Shown: positions 29,619 to 37,777 of the stretch, in pieces
Numbering within the stretch: the stretch's first letter is position 1
Layout: every line of letters starts with the position of its first letter
Assembly (NCBI GenBank): GCA_963828735.1
Contig: CAWHFW010000005.1
Coordinates: 2,368,001-2,432,000 of the forward strand
From: an uncultured Gemmatimonadales bacterium
Lineage (GTDB): Bacteria; Gemmatimonadota; Gemmatimonadetes; Gemmatimonadales; GWC2-71-9
Length of the DNA stretch: 64,000 nucleotides
Reading direction: 5' to 3'
Position numbers and translations under genes: made by a program
The notes under the pieces: generated by a model
The model's database searches: none
Seen by the model: the letters and a program-made list of their open reading frames with translations, nothing else
What the model was told of the DNA's origin: nothing

Positions 29619-29947
29619 GTCGCGTCGAATGACTGGGCCCTTGCGGAGGACCCCCCAATGGTTACAGCAACATCCCTTGCGCGCAAGTCGTGGCGGCACA
29701 GGGGCCTGGGAGGCCGCGAGCGATCGGGCGATCCGTCGTCGGGCAGTCGGAGGTGCGCCGTCGCCGTGAGCGGGCCTGGAGCGGTGAACCGATAGGGACG
29801 CGAACGATAGCATGACAGAGGGAGAGGCGGCGTGGCTGATCCGGCTGAAGTGCTGGTGGGTAACTGCTCACCGAGCCCGCCTGAGATTTCACGCTTGGCT
29901 CACTGGGAAGCTTGGCAGGGTGCTACCCGCTCCCACCGTTCGTCGCC

Positions 29948-31999
29948 CTAGAGCATAATGTCGGTCCTCACCCGCTGTCGCACGCCCCACCACAGCGCGC
30001 CCCACAGGTTGGACCGGCGGAGCGTCACGCTCGCTTCGCCCGTCATGCCGGGCCGCCAGCGCCCGCCCCCGCGCAGTCCGAGGCGAGCTTCGACTGCCCC
30101 GGAGCTCGGCGCCGAGCTCTGGGCGACACCCCCGACCTTTCCGCTGAGCGTGCTCCCGTCGGCGTGGAAGACAAGGCGCGCCTGCTGGCCCGCCCGGACC
30201 TGGGTGGCGCCGGCACCTGCCAGTGCGATGCGAACCTCCAGGGAATCCGGCTGGCCCAGCTCGAGCAACCGTTCACCGAGACTGACCCAGCGGCCGGTGA
30301 GACGTTCGGGGCGCGAGGTGACCACGATTCCCGGAACGAGCGCCCGAACGGTCAACGCCCGCTGTTCCGCGGTCATGCCGCCCAGCCGAGCGGCTTCGGT
30401 CGCCCGCTCGGCCTCGATTCGCGCCGTTTCGTCGGCCCGGCTCGCGGCGCGGGCCTGCGCCTCGCGGGCCTCCAGCGAGTCGACCAGGCGTGCGGATTCG
30501 AGCGTCGCATGCTCGAGCTCGAGGTCGCGTACCTGCACGAGCGGCATGCCGGCCTCGACGCGCGTCCCCTCGCGCACGTACACGCCGGCCACGATGCCGC
30601 TGTCGGGCGCCGTGAGTGGCACCGACAGGGCCGGCATGACCGAGAACGCACCGGTCACCGTGATGGGCCGCGGGATGATCGTCCCCGCCACGAGCACGAG
30701 CGCGCCCGCGATGAGCAATCGGTCGCGCAAACGCCGTCCTGCCACCCTGGCCCGAAACTCCCGCCACGCGGCGAGACCGGTCTGCGCCGCGCTCCGGATC
30801 GCCGAGCGCGACATCAGCCAGACACCGAGCACGAACAGCGCGCCGCCCGCCAAGCCCAGCGCGCGATCGAGCCAGCCGTACACGCTGCCGGCCACCAGCA
30901 GCATGATCGAGGTGATGTACCATGTCGCGAGCAGGCTATAAATGAGGAAGATGCGCTGCTCGCGCTCGTCGGCCGGCGGCATGGGCACGTCGAGCCGGAG
31001 CACGCGCGCCTTGACCAGCCAGCCGAGGTGCGCGAAGGCGCGCTGCCTGAGATTGGGCACCTCGAGCCAGTCGCTCAGCGCGAAGTAGCCGTCCAGCGGG
31101 ATGAGCGGATTCGCGTTCATGACTACCGTCGTCACCCCGCCGATCAGGACCGCGCTCAGCGCGATGTGCGAGATTAGCGTTCCCGGCGTCGCGGCCCACC
31201 ACACGATGGCGGCGAGGCTCGCCGCCACGACCTGAATCCACGATCCGGCCGCCGTGACCCAGAGCCGCGCCTTGAGCTCGGGGAAGGTCCAGGCATCGTT
31301 GACGTTGCAGAAAAATGCCGGCTCGAAGTAGAGCAGCATGGCGCCGATCTCGTGCACCTGGCCGCCGAAGTACTTGCACGTGTAGCCGTGTCCCAGCTCG
31401 TGGATCACGATGACCACGACGGCGGTGAGCCAGAGGGTCAGGAACTCGCTTGCCGAATAGCTGAAGGTGTAGAGGCTGTGGAACGCGGCAGTGAGCTCGG
31501 GCCACTTGAGCGCGGCAACGATGAAGTAGATCGCGAAGAGAAAGACCGACGCGATCACGAAGCCTCGGGTGAACATCCAGCGGAGGTACGGGATGGTGCG
31601 GTCCATGAACTTGTCGGGGTCGCCCATGGACCAGCGGATCCGGAAGATGTCCGTCTGCCCGAGGCCCCCGCTCAGCCGCTGCCGCCGCTGCGCGCGAAGC
31701 CGCTCCATCATGAGGACGGAGCGCTCGCCCACGGTGCGCTCGAGCAGGCCCATCGACTTGAGCTTGGCGGCGAACTTGTCCACCGCCGCCGCCGACACGC
31801 CGATTCCGCCCGCGACCAGGTCCGCCGCCACCTCGGCCGCGCTCCGCTCGCCGTCGAACTGCTGCAGCACGCGCACCTCGACCGGCCGGAAGCGGAAATA
31901 CTTGCGCGACTTCGGATCCTTGACGATGAAGCTCTGCTCGCCGCGGTAGGTCTGCTCGACGACGGTGAGGTCGGGCCGGAGCTTGGGCGCGCCGCTCAC
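29948..31999 (-). CDS. RRE/PqqD-like + site-2 protease (M50) + HlyD adaptor fusion (YydH-like peptide zinc metalloprotease)
   Basis: N-terminal ~85 aa (PKLRPDL...FIVKDP..RKYFRF...FDG.RS..EV...KLKSMGLL) fits an RRE fold. HELGH and NPLIPLDG are M50 motifs. TM helices, then a lipoyl/coiled-coil/barrel adaptor (VREG..V.AG.PL, WRPGMTG). GTG start overlaps the upstream TGA. Confidence 0.88.
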   Translation of the reverse strand: MSGAPKLRPDLTVVEQTYRGEQSFIVKDPKSRKYFRFRPVEVRVLQQFDGERSAAEVAADLVAGGIGVSAAAVDKFAAKLKSMGLLERTVGERSVLMMERLRAQRRQRLSGGLGQTDIFRIRWSMGDPDKFMDRTIPYLRWMFTRGFVIASVFLFAIYFIVAALKWPELTAAFHSLYTFSYSASEFLTLWLTAVVVIVIHELGHGYTCKYFGGQVHEIGAMLLYFEPAFFCNVNDAWTFPELKARLWVTAAGSWIQVVAASLAAIVWWAATPGTLISHIALSAVLIGGVTTVVMNANPLIPLDGYFALSDWLEVPNLRQRAFAHLGWLVKARVLRLDVPMPPADEREQRIFLIYSLLATWYITSIMLLVAGSVYGWLDRALGLAGGALFVLGVWLMSRSAIRSAAQTGLAAWREFRARVAGRRLRDRLLIAGALVLVAGTIIPRPITVTGAFSVMPALSVPLTAPDSGIVAGVYVREGTRVEAGMPLVQVRDLELEHATLESARLVDSLEAREAQARAASRADETARIEAERATEAARLGGMTAEQRALTVRALVPGIVVTSRPERLTGRWVSLGERLLELGQPDSLEVRIALAGAGATQVRAGQQARLVFHADGSTLSGKVGGVAQSSAPSSGAVEARLGLRGGGRWRPGMTGEASVTLRRSNLWGALWWGVRQRVRTDIML

Positions 32000-32991
32000 G
32001 GTGTGGTCCGCACCACCTTCTCGCCGGCGGCGATCCCGCTCACGACCTCGACCCGGTTGCCGTCGAGGTCCGCGCCGAGCGTGACCGCGCGGAGCGTGGT
32101 GCGGTTGTCGTCCCACACGAGCGCGTAGCCGTCCTTGGCCACCGCCGAGCGCGGGATGGCGACGACCCGCCGCCGCTCGGCGCCGAGCTGCACGGTGACG
32201 CTGCTGCCCGGCGTCAACGCCGAGCCGGGGGCGAGCTGCAGAATGACCTCGCGGGTGCCGCTCGCGGCGTCGATGACGGGCGACGTGCGAACGACCCGGG
32301 CCTCGGCGCTGGCGCCGCGGACGGCGAGCACCCGCCCCGTCGCGCCGACCCGGATCGCGGACGAGGCCGTCTCCGGCACGCGGACCGCGGCCAAAACGGG
32401 GGCGAGCGCCGTGACACGGAAGAGCGAATCACCCGCGTTGACCAGACGTTGCACGCGCGCCATCCGCGCGGTCACCACCCCGTCGAACGGCGCGACGATG
32501 CGGGTCAAGTCGTAGTCACGCTGCGCCTTCCTCACCGCGAGATCGGCCGCGCGGTGCTCGAACTCCACCTGCTCGGAATCGGCGCGAGTGACCACGCCGG
32601 CCGTGGCCAGCGCGCGTTGCCGCTCGACCCGCTGGGAGGCGTTGGCCGCCTGCTCGCGGGCCTGGTCGAGCGCGATCTCCTGGTCGGTACTCTCGAGCTG
32701 GGCGATGAGCTGACCGGCCGCCACGCGCGTGCCGATGTCCGCGAGGATGCGCTCGACCTGCCCCGAAGACCGCGCAACGACTGCGGCGTCGTGTTCCACA
32801 TAGAGTTGCGAGGAGAGGCTCAGCGGGCGGTCCACCGTCGTGCTTTCGGCTGTCTCGATGTTCCCTGGCGGAGGCGTCGTGATGGTGGCGGCGGCCGCGG
32901 TCTCGATCGTGCGTTTGCGGTCCGGCACGTTGTCACCGGCGCCGGCGCAGGCGGTAAGCAAGATCGCGAGCGGCAGGGCGGTGCGGGTCAC
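31996..32991 (-). CDS. RND-type periplasmic adaptor (membrane fusion) lipoprotein
   Basis: Lipobox LLTAC, IVAPFDGVV, SPVIDAASGT, VEVVSGIAAGEKVV. GTGA overlaps at both ends. Confidence 0.9.
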   Translation of the reverse strand: MTRTALPLAILLTACAGAGDNVPDRKRTIETAAAATITTPPPGNIETAESTTVDRPLSLSSQLYVEHDAAVVARSSGQVERILADIGTRVAAGQLIAQLESTDQEIALDQAREQAANASQRVERQRALATAGVVTRADSEQVEFEHRAADLAVRKAQRDYDLTRIVAPFDGVVTARMARVQRLVNAGDSLFRVTALAPVLAAVRVPETASSAIRVGATGRVLAVRGASAEARVVRTSPVIDAASGTREVILQLAPGSALTPGSSVTVQLGAERRRVVAIPRSAVAKDGYALVWDDNRTTLRAVTLGADLDGNRVEVVSGIAAGEKVVRTTP

Positions 32992-34916
32992 GACCAGATC
33001 CTCCACCAGAAGAGACGGCCCCACCGGAGCGGTCCGCGGAAGAGCCGCGTGGCTGCGGAGGCCGGGTCGGTGAGCACGCGGACGTAGGCCGCCATGCTCG
33101 GCTTGAGCGCGCCGTCGGGATTCGCCACGACGGCGCGGACGGGATAGCGCACCTCGCCCGCGGTGTCGGCCGGAATCGGGGCCACCGCCAGCACTCGGCC
33201 GACGAAGGTGCGCTGGGGGACCGCATCCACCCGCAGGTGCACATCCTGACCCGCGCGCACGCGATCGATGTCGCGCTGGGGCACCCCGAAGTCGAGCTCG
33301 AGCGAGTCGGTCCGCCCGATGGCAAGGAGCTCGTCGCCTTCCTCGAGGGACGCGCCCACGCGCTCGGTGACCCGCGGGGTCAGGACCACGCCGGGAACCG
33401 GCGCCCGCAGGGTCGTGAGCTCGACTTCTTCATCGAGCAGCGACACCTCGCGTCGCAGCGCGTCGCCGCGGAGCCGATGCAGCCGCTCCTCCGACGGGTC
33501 GCCACGGCTCGCGGCGAGCGACGCCAGTCGATCCGCGGAGGCGGCCTCGGCCGCGGTGGCTTCGCGGTCGGCGCGCAGCGTGGTGGCGCGGAGGTAGGCG
33601 ACCGGCGTCCCCCGGGACACGACGCTCCCTTCGGCCACCGGAATGCGCTCGACCACGCCCGCCACGAGCGCCCGGACCGGTGCGAATCCCATCGCGCGGA
33701 ACGCGGCGTCCTCGCCGGCTACCCGGAACGGCCAGCGAATGAGGAACAGCCCCGCGACCACGACCGCGGCGACGGCCGCGTAGATCTTGAGCCGGCGGTG
33801 TGGAATCGAGCGCAGCGCCTGCCGCTTGGCGGCCAGCGCACCCAGCGCGTCCACCATCGGGACCTGGTGGTAGAGCTGGGCATTCCGCAGCGCCACGGCC
33901 GTCTGGTTGGCCAGAATGGCGGCGACTTCGCGCTGCGTCGGCGTGGTGAAGTCGGCCGAGCCGGCCTCGAAGACCAGCACGCCGAGCACGCCCTCTTCGT
34001 CCTTGAGCGGGAGATAGAGGCCGCTCTCGACTCCATCGCTCTCCAGGTCCGGGCCGAAAATGGTGACGAACATCCGCTCGGCGTCCGAGCCGGGCGCCCC
34101 GCGCTCGACGAGGTAGAGCGGCTCGCCGCGCCCCGCGGCCCATTCGGCGCGGGCCACCAGGTCCTGCAGCTTGGGATCCTTCGGATCCACCGTCTCCTCG
34201 CCTGCCACCGCCCGGATGTCGCAGCGTCCCTTCTCGTACAGGGCGACGGCGGCGCGATCGAACGACAGCGCGCGCGAGGCCAGGTTGACCACCGATTGCA
34301 GCACGCGGTCGAGATCGAGTGTGGCCGTGATCTCGCGGCTGATGTCCAGCAGGACCGCGAGGTCACCGGCCCGCCGGCTCGCGGCGTGGAGCTGCGCGTT
34401 GCGCAGGGCCACGGCAGCCGTGGCCGCCAACCCCTCGAGAAAATCGCGATCGCGCTCGTCGAAGATGCCCTCGTCCGTGACCTTGCTGGTCACCTGGATC
34501 GCGCCCACGGTGTCACCGCCGGCCACCATCGCGGTGGCCATGACGTTGAAGCCAAGGGTTTCGGTCGAGGGGTCGGACCCCGGCTGAAATCGGGGGTCCT
34601 CCTGCGCACGGGTCGCCATCGTTGTCGTCTGCTGCTGGGCGGCCTCGCCGATGAGGCCGGTCCCCACGGGGACTTCGGCGCCGATCAGGCGCGAGCCTTG
34701 GCCGCCGACCGCGATGCGGCACCTCAGCACGTCGCCGTCGGCGATCCAGATGGATCCCCCTTCGGCGCCGAGGGCGGCGAGCACCCGGTCGAACACCTTC
34801 GGCAGCAGCTCATCGAAATCGAGGGACGCGCCCAGCTCCAGGCTGATGGACTGGAGCAGGCGCAAACGCTCGACTTCCTCGCGGAGTTCGTCGGTCGACG
34901 TTGCAGGTGCGCTCAT
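32988..34916 (-). CDS. GAF-GAF-TM-HlyD adaptor fusion protein
   Basis: Two GAF domains, each ending AVALRNAQL, then a TM helix and an HlyD module (LRAPVPGVV, LKPSM). Confidence 0.9.
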   Translation of the reverse strand: MSAPATSTDELREEVERLRLLQSISLELGASLDFDELLPKVFDRVLAALGAEGGSIWIADGDVLRCRIAVGGQGSRLIGAEVPVGTGLIGEAAQQQTTTMATRAQEDPRFQPGSDPSTETLGFNVMATAMVAGGDTVGAIQVTSKVTDEGIFDERDRDFLEGLAATAAVALRNAQLHAASRRAGDLAVLLDISREITATLDLDRVLQSVVNLASRALSFDRAAVALYEKGRCDIRAVAGEETVDPKDPKLQDLVARAEWAAGRGEPLYLVERGAPGSDAERMFVTIFGPDLESDGVESGLYLPLKDEEGVLGVLVFEAGSADFTTPTQREVAAILANQTAVALRNAQLYHQVPMVDALGALAAKRQALRSIPHRRLKIYAAVAAVVVAGLFLIRWPFRVAGEDAAFRAMGFAPVRALVAGVVERIPVAEGSVVSRGTPVAYLRATTLRADREATAAEAASADRLASLAASRGDPSEERLHRLRGDALRREVSLLDEEVELTTLRAPVPGVVLTPRVTERVGASLEEGDELLAIGRTDSLELDFGVPQRDIDRVRAGQDVHLRVDAVPQRTFVGRVLAVAPIPADTAGEVRYPVRAVVANPDGALKPSMAAYVRVLTDPASAATRLFRGPLRWGRLFWWRIWS

Positions 34917-34946
34917 GTCGGGTAGTTGAGGAGGGGCCTAACGACG

Positions 34947-34982
34947 GGCTCCGGCTTCCCGCAGTCGGGGGAAGCCGGAGCC
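34947..34982. terminator. Strong stem-loop between the peptide genes and the export genes
   Basis: GGCTCCGGCTTCCC-N8-GGGAAGCCGGAGCC, a perfect 14-bp stem with no clear U-tract. Confidence 0.6.
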
Positions 34983-35025
34983 GAGGCGCCCGCGGGAACC
35001 GCGGGCGGACGATCTACGCCGCGAG

Positions 35026-35154
35026 CTAGATCTTCATCGGCGCGATCTTCTCCTCGAGCTCTTCGACGCCAAGCTCGACGTCCTTGGCCGGGACCGGCTT
35101 CTTCGGCTGCTGTTCGGGGGTCTTGGTCCGGGACTGCTCGTCGTGCTTGATCAT
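35026..35154 (-). CDS. Small precursor-like peptide B (42 aa)
   Basis: Hand-translated: MIKHDEQSRTKTPEQQPKKPVPAKDVELGVEELEEKIAPMKI. Shares the ELxVEELExxIAP motif with peptides A and C. Confidence 0.8.
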   Translation of the reverse strand: MIKHDEQSRTKTPEQQPKKPVPAKDVELGVEELEEKIAPMKI

Positions 35155-35201
35155 GATAGCTCTCGTTTCGGAGAAGGTCGAGGGTGGAACGTCGTTTCGG
35201 G

Positions 35202-35360
35202 TTACTTGTGGCCCGGGATGATCTTGGCCGGCGCGATGCGAGCCTCGAGCTCCTCGACCGAAAGCTCCACGGCCTCGGCATCCTTCCCAGTCGCCTTGCG
35301 AATGCTGTCCTTCTGCTCGGTGGTCAGATCGATCCGGAACGAGTCCTTGGCGCTTGACAT
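35202..35360 (-). CDS. Small precursor-like peptide A (52 aa)
   Basis: Hand-translated: MSSAKDSFRIDLTTEQKDSIRKATGKDAEAVELSVEELEARIAPAKIIPGHK. AGGAG RBS. Paralog at 39784..39939. Confidence 0.9.
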   Translation of the reverse strand: MSSAKDSFRIDLTTEQKDSIRKATGKDAEAVELSVEELEARIAPAKIIPGHK

Positions 35361-35415
35361 CGTGAGCTCCTGGTGTGGGTCTGCGATTTGGGGGCGGCCA
35401 GACTGACTGGGAACG

Positions 35416-35469
35416 AACCTACCAGGCTGCCGTGAAAAGATCGTGATTGCCTACTTGCCCTTCCGTCAA
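35416..35469 (-). promoter_or_regulatory. Putative SARP-activated promoter of the peptide/export operon
   Basis: Minus strand: TTGACGG-N15-ATCACGA-N4-TTCACGG-N8-TAGGTT. Same geometry as 39981..40034. Confidence 0.75.
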
Positions 35470-35508
35470 TCCCCGATACGTTAGCAGGGTCTTCCCCTTG
35501 GACCATTC

Positions 35509-37758
35509 GTGTCCGCCTTCACGCTGCGACTCTTCGGTGCCCCAACCCTCGCGACCGCCGAGGGGAGAACGGCCGTGCCCGCCTTGGGGGCCAAGCCGCT
35601 CGCCCTGTTGGCGTACCTGGTGCTGGAGCCCCGTCAGCACACCCGAGAGGCGCTGGCAGGGCTCCTGTGGGGCGAGTCGCCCGAGGCCGAGGCGCGTGCC
35701 TCCCTTCGGCAGGCACTCAAGCATCTTCGGGACGTGTTCGGTGACCAGCTCCATGCCGAGCGGGCGCTCGTGGAGTTGGCCGCACCGCTCGCCTGTGATG
35801 CCCTGGAGTTCCGGGCAGCGGCGGAGCGCGACCCCGTCCATGCGGTCGGCTTCGACGTTCCCCGGTTCCTGGAAGGGTTTTCGGTGCGCCGAGCGCCGCA
35901 GTTCGAGGAGTGGGTTTCCACGGCGCGCGGGGGCCTGCTCCGGCTTTACCATCAGGCGCTCGATCGCGCCGCCCGGGAATCGATGCGCCAATGCCGGTGG
36001 CGCGAGGCGGTGGAGCTCGCCGACCGGTGGCTCGCGAGCGAGCCAGTGTGCGACGAAGCGGCCCATCTCGCCGTCGAGGCACGCTACCTCTCGGGCAACC
36101 GCGCCGGGGCGATGGCGCGGTTCGCGGAGTACCGGGATCTCCTGGCCCGTGAGGCGGGGTGCGAACCCGGCCGGGCCCTCGAAGCCCTGGTGCGGCGGGT
36201 CGAGGCGGATCGGACGACGCACGACGCGGCGCCGATCACCGACGAGTGGTACACCCGCGCTCCGACCTTCGACGCGAGCCTAGTGGGGCGCGACGCCCAG
36301 TGGAAGGCGCTCACCGCGGCGTGGAAAGGCGTACAGCGCGGACAGGGCCGCATCGTCCTGATCGACGGCGAATCCGGCGTCGGCAAGTCCCGCCTGGCCG
36401 ACGAGTTCCTGCGGTGGGTGGTGGCCGAAGGCGGGACGACTTTGCATGGGCGGAGCTACGACCGCCGCGCGGGCATTCCCTACGAGCCCGTCGTCGAAGG
36501 GCTCCGCTGTGCCCTCGGCGCCCCCGGACTGGGTGGCACCTCGCCCGAATGGCTGGTCGAGGTGGCGCGACTTCTTCCGGAGATTCGCGAGCGCTTCCCG
36601 GGCCTGCCCGCTGGGGGGGAAGCCGATGCGACGGAAGGGTGGCGGCTCTTCGAGGGCGTGGCGCAGCTCCTCAGCACCATCGCCGCCGAGCGGCCGGTGG
36701 CGATCGTCATCGACGACCTGCAATGGTGCGACGAGGACAGCTGCAACCTCATCCGGTTTCTGACCCGCCGTCTCGAGCGCTCCGCCGTCCTGTGGCTCGG
36801 CGTTTTGACCCTGGGTGAGGTCGAGCGTGACGCGCCCGCGTCCCGCCTCTGCCGAGCGCTCCGCGCCAAGGGTTCCGCCGACGCCCTCACGGTGGGGCCG
36901 CTCGGCGAAGAGGACATCTGGCAGCTGGTGCGCGAGATGGGGCACGTGAGCGTGCCCACTGGGGGGCGCCGACTGGCCGCTCGTCTCCATCGGATCACGG
37001 GCGGCAATCCATTCTACGTGATCGAGCTGCTCAAGACGATGTTCGCTCAAGGCCTACTCTCCATGGACGGGGATACCGGCGAATGGACCGTGGTGCCCTC
37101 CGAGGTCGGGGCGGGCCGGGAGGTGCCGGTCTCGCAGACGGTGCAGGACGTGATCGCCGAGCGGGTCGATCGGCTGTCCACCGACCTGCGTGACGTCCTC
37201 ATCACGATCGCGGTGAGCGGCGGCGGGTGCCGCCCGGACGTCCTTTCCCACGTGCACGGGATCTCCCGGCTTCGCGCCGCGTCCGCCGGCGACGCGCTGG
37301 TGGATCGCTATCTCGTCACCGAAGAAGGCGGCTGGTACCGGTGCATTCACCCGGTCATCGCCCACATGGTACGGGACGGCCTCACGGCCTCGCGCCGGCA
37401 GGAGGTGCACCGCGCGATCGCGTTGGCCTTCGAGCTGGTGATGGAGGGAGACGAGCTGGTCGCGGTCGCTGGGGAGATCGCGCGCCACGCGGAGCGGGGA
37501 GGCGAGCGGGATCTGGCGTATCGCCACGCGCGACGCGCGGCCGAAAGCGCGGTGACGCGCTACGCCTACGCCGAGGCACTCTCGTGGCTCGACCTCGCGG
37601 CGTCCTCCGCCCGCGGCTCCGTGCAGGTGCAGGCGGTGGATCAGCTGACGGCCGAAGTCATGGAACGCGCCGGTTGGAGCGAGGCCCCGCGCCGGGCGAC
37701 GGCGCCCGTCACGCGCGAGATCGTGAGCGAGGATTTCGACCTTCGTGTGCGCGGCTAA
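35509..37758 (+). CDS. SARP/AfsR-like regulator (wHTH + BTAD + AAA ATPase + helical region)
   Basis: LRLFG...ALLAYL...REALAGLLW...SLRQAL, FLEGF...FEEWV (BTAD), Walker A GESGVGKS, IDDLQW, TGGNPF. Confidence 0.92.
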   Translation: MSAFTLRLFGAPTLATAEGRTAVPALGAKPLALLAYLVLEPRQHTREALAGLLWGESPEAEARASLRQALKHLRDVFGDQLHAERALVELAAPLACDALEFRAAAERDPVHAVGFDVPRFLEGFSVRRAPQFEEWVSTARGGLLRLYHQALDRAARESMRQCRWREAVELADRWLASEPVCDEAAHLAVEARYLSGNRAGAMARFAEYRDLLAREAGCEPGRALEALVRRVEADRTTHDAAPITDEWYTRAPTFDASLVGRDAQWKALTAAWKGVQRGQGRIVLIDGESGVGKSRLADEFLRWVVAEGGTTLHGRSYDRRAGIPYEPVVEGLRCALGAPGLGGTSPEWLVEVARLLPEIRERFPGLPAGGEADATEGWRLFEGVAQLLSTIAAERPVAIVIDDLQWCDEDSCNLIRFLTRRLERSAVLWLGVLTLGEVERDAPASRLCRALRAKGSADALTVGPLGEEDIWQLVREMGHVSVPTGGRRLAARLHRITGGNPFYVIELLKTMFAQGLLSMDGDTGEWTVVPSEVGAGREVPVSQTVQDVIAERVDRLSTDLRDVLITIAVSGGGCRPDVLSHVHGISRLRAASAGDALVDRYLVTEEGGWYRCIHPVIAHMVRDGLTASRRQEVHRAIALAFELVMEGDELVAVAGEIARHAERGGERDLAYRHARRAAESAVTRYAYAEALSWLDLAASSARGSVQVQAVDQLTAEVMERAGWSEAPRRATAPVTREIVSEDFDLRVRG

Positions 37759-37777
37759 CTGGAGACCACGAGGCATC

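Noticed and set aside
29867..29905. CTCACCG / TTCACGC / CTCACTG heptamer-like repeats on the + strand
   Set aside because: The first spacing is 21 rather than 22 nt, there is no -10 hexamer 8 nt downstream, and it points into the 3' end of a convergent gene.
35026..35360. Peptides as PqqA, lasso, lanthipeptide or thiopeptide precursors
   Set aside because: No ExxxY motif, no Cys/Ser/Thr in the tails, and no radical SAM, LanB/C/M, YcaO or lasso cyclase gene in the window.
34913..35506. Track ORFs 34913..35281, 35143..35406 and 35324..35506
   Set aside because: They overlap the two motif-bearing peptide genes in other frames and have no supporting features.
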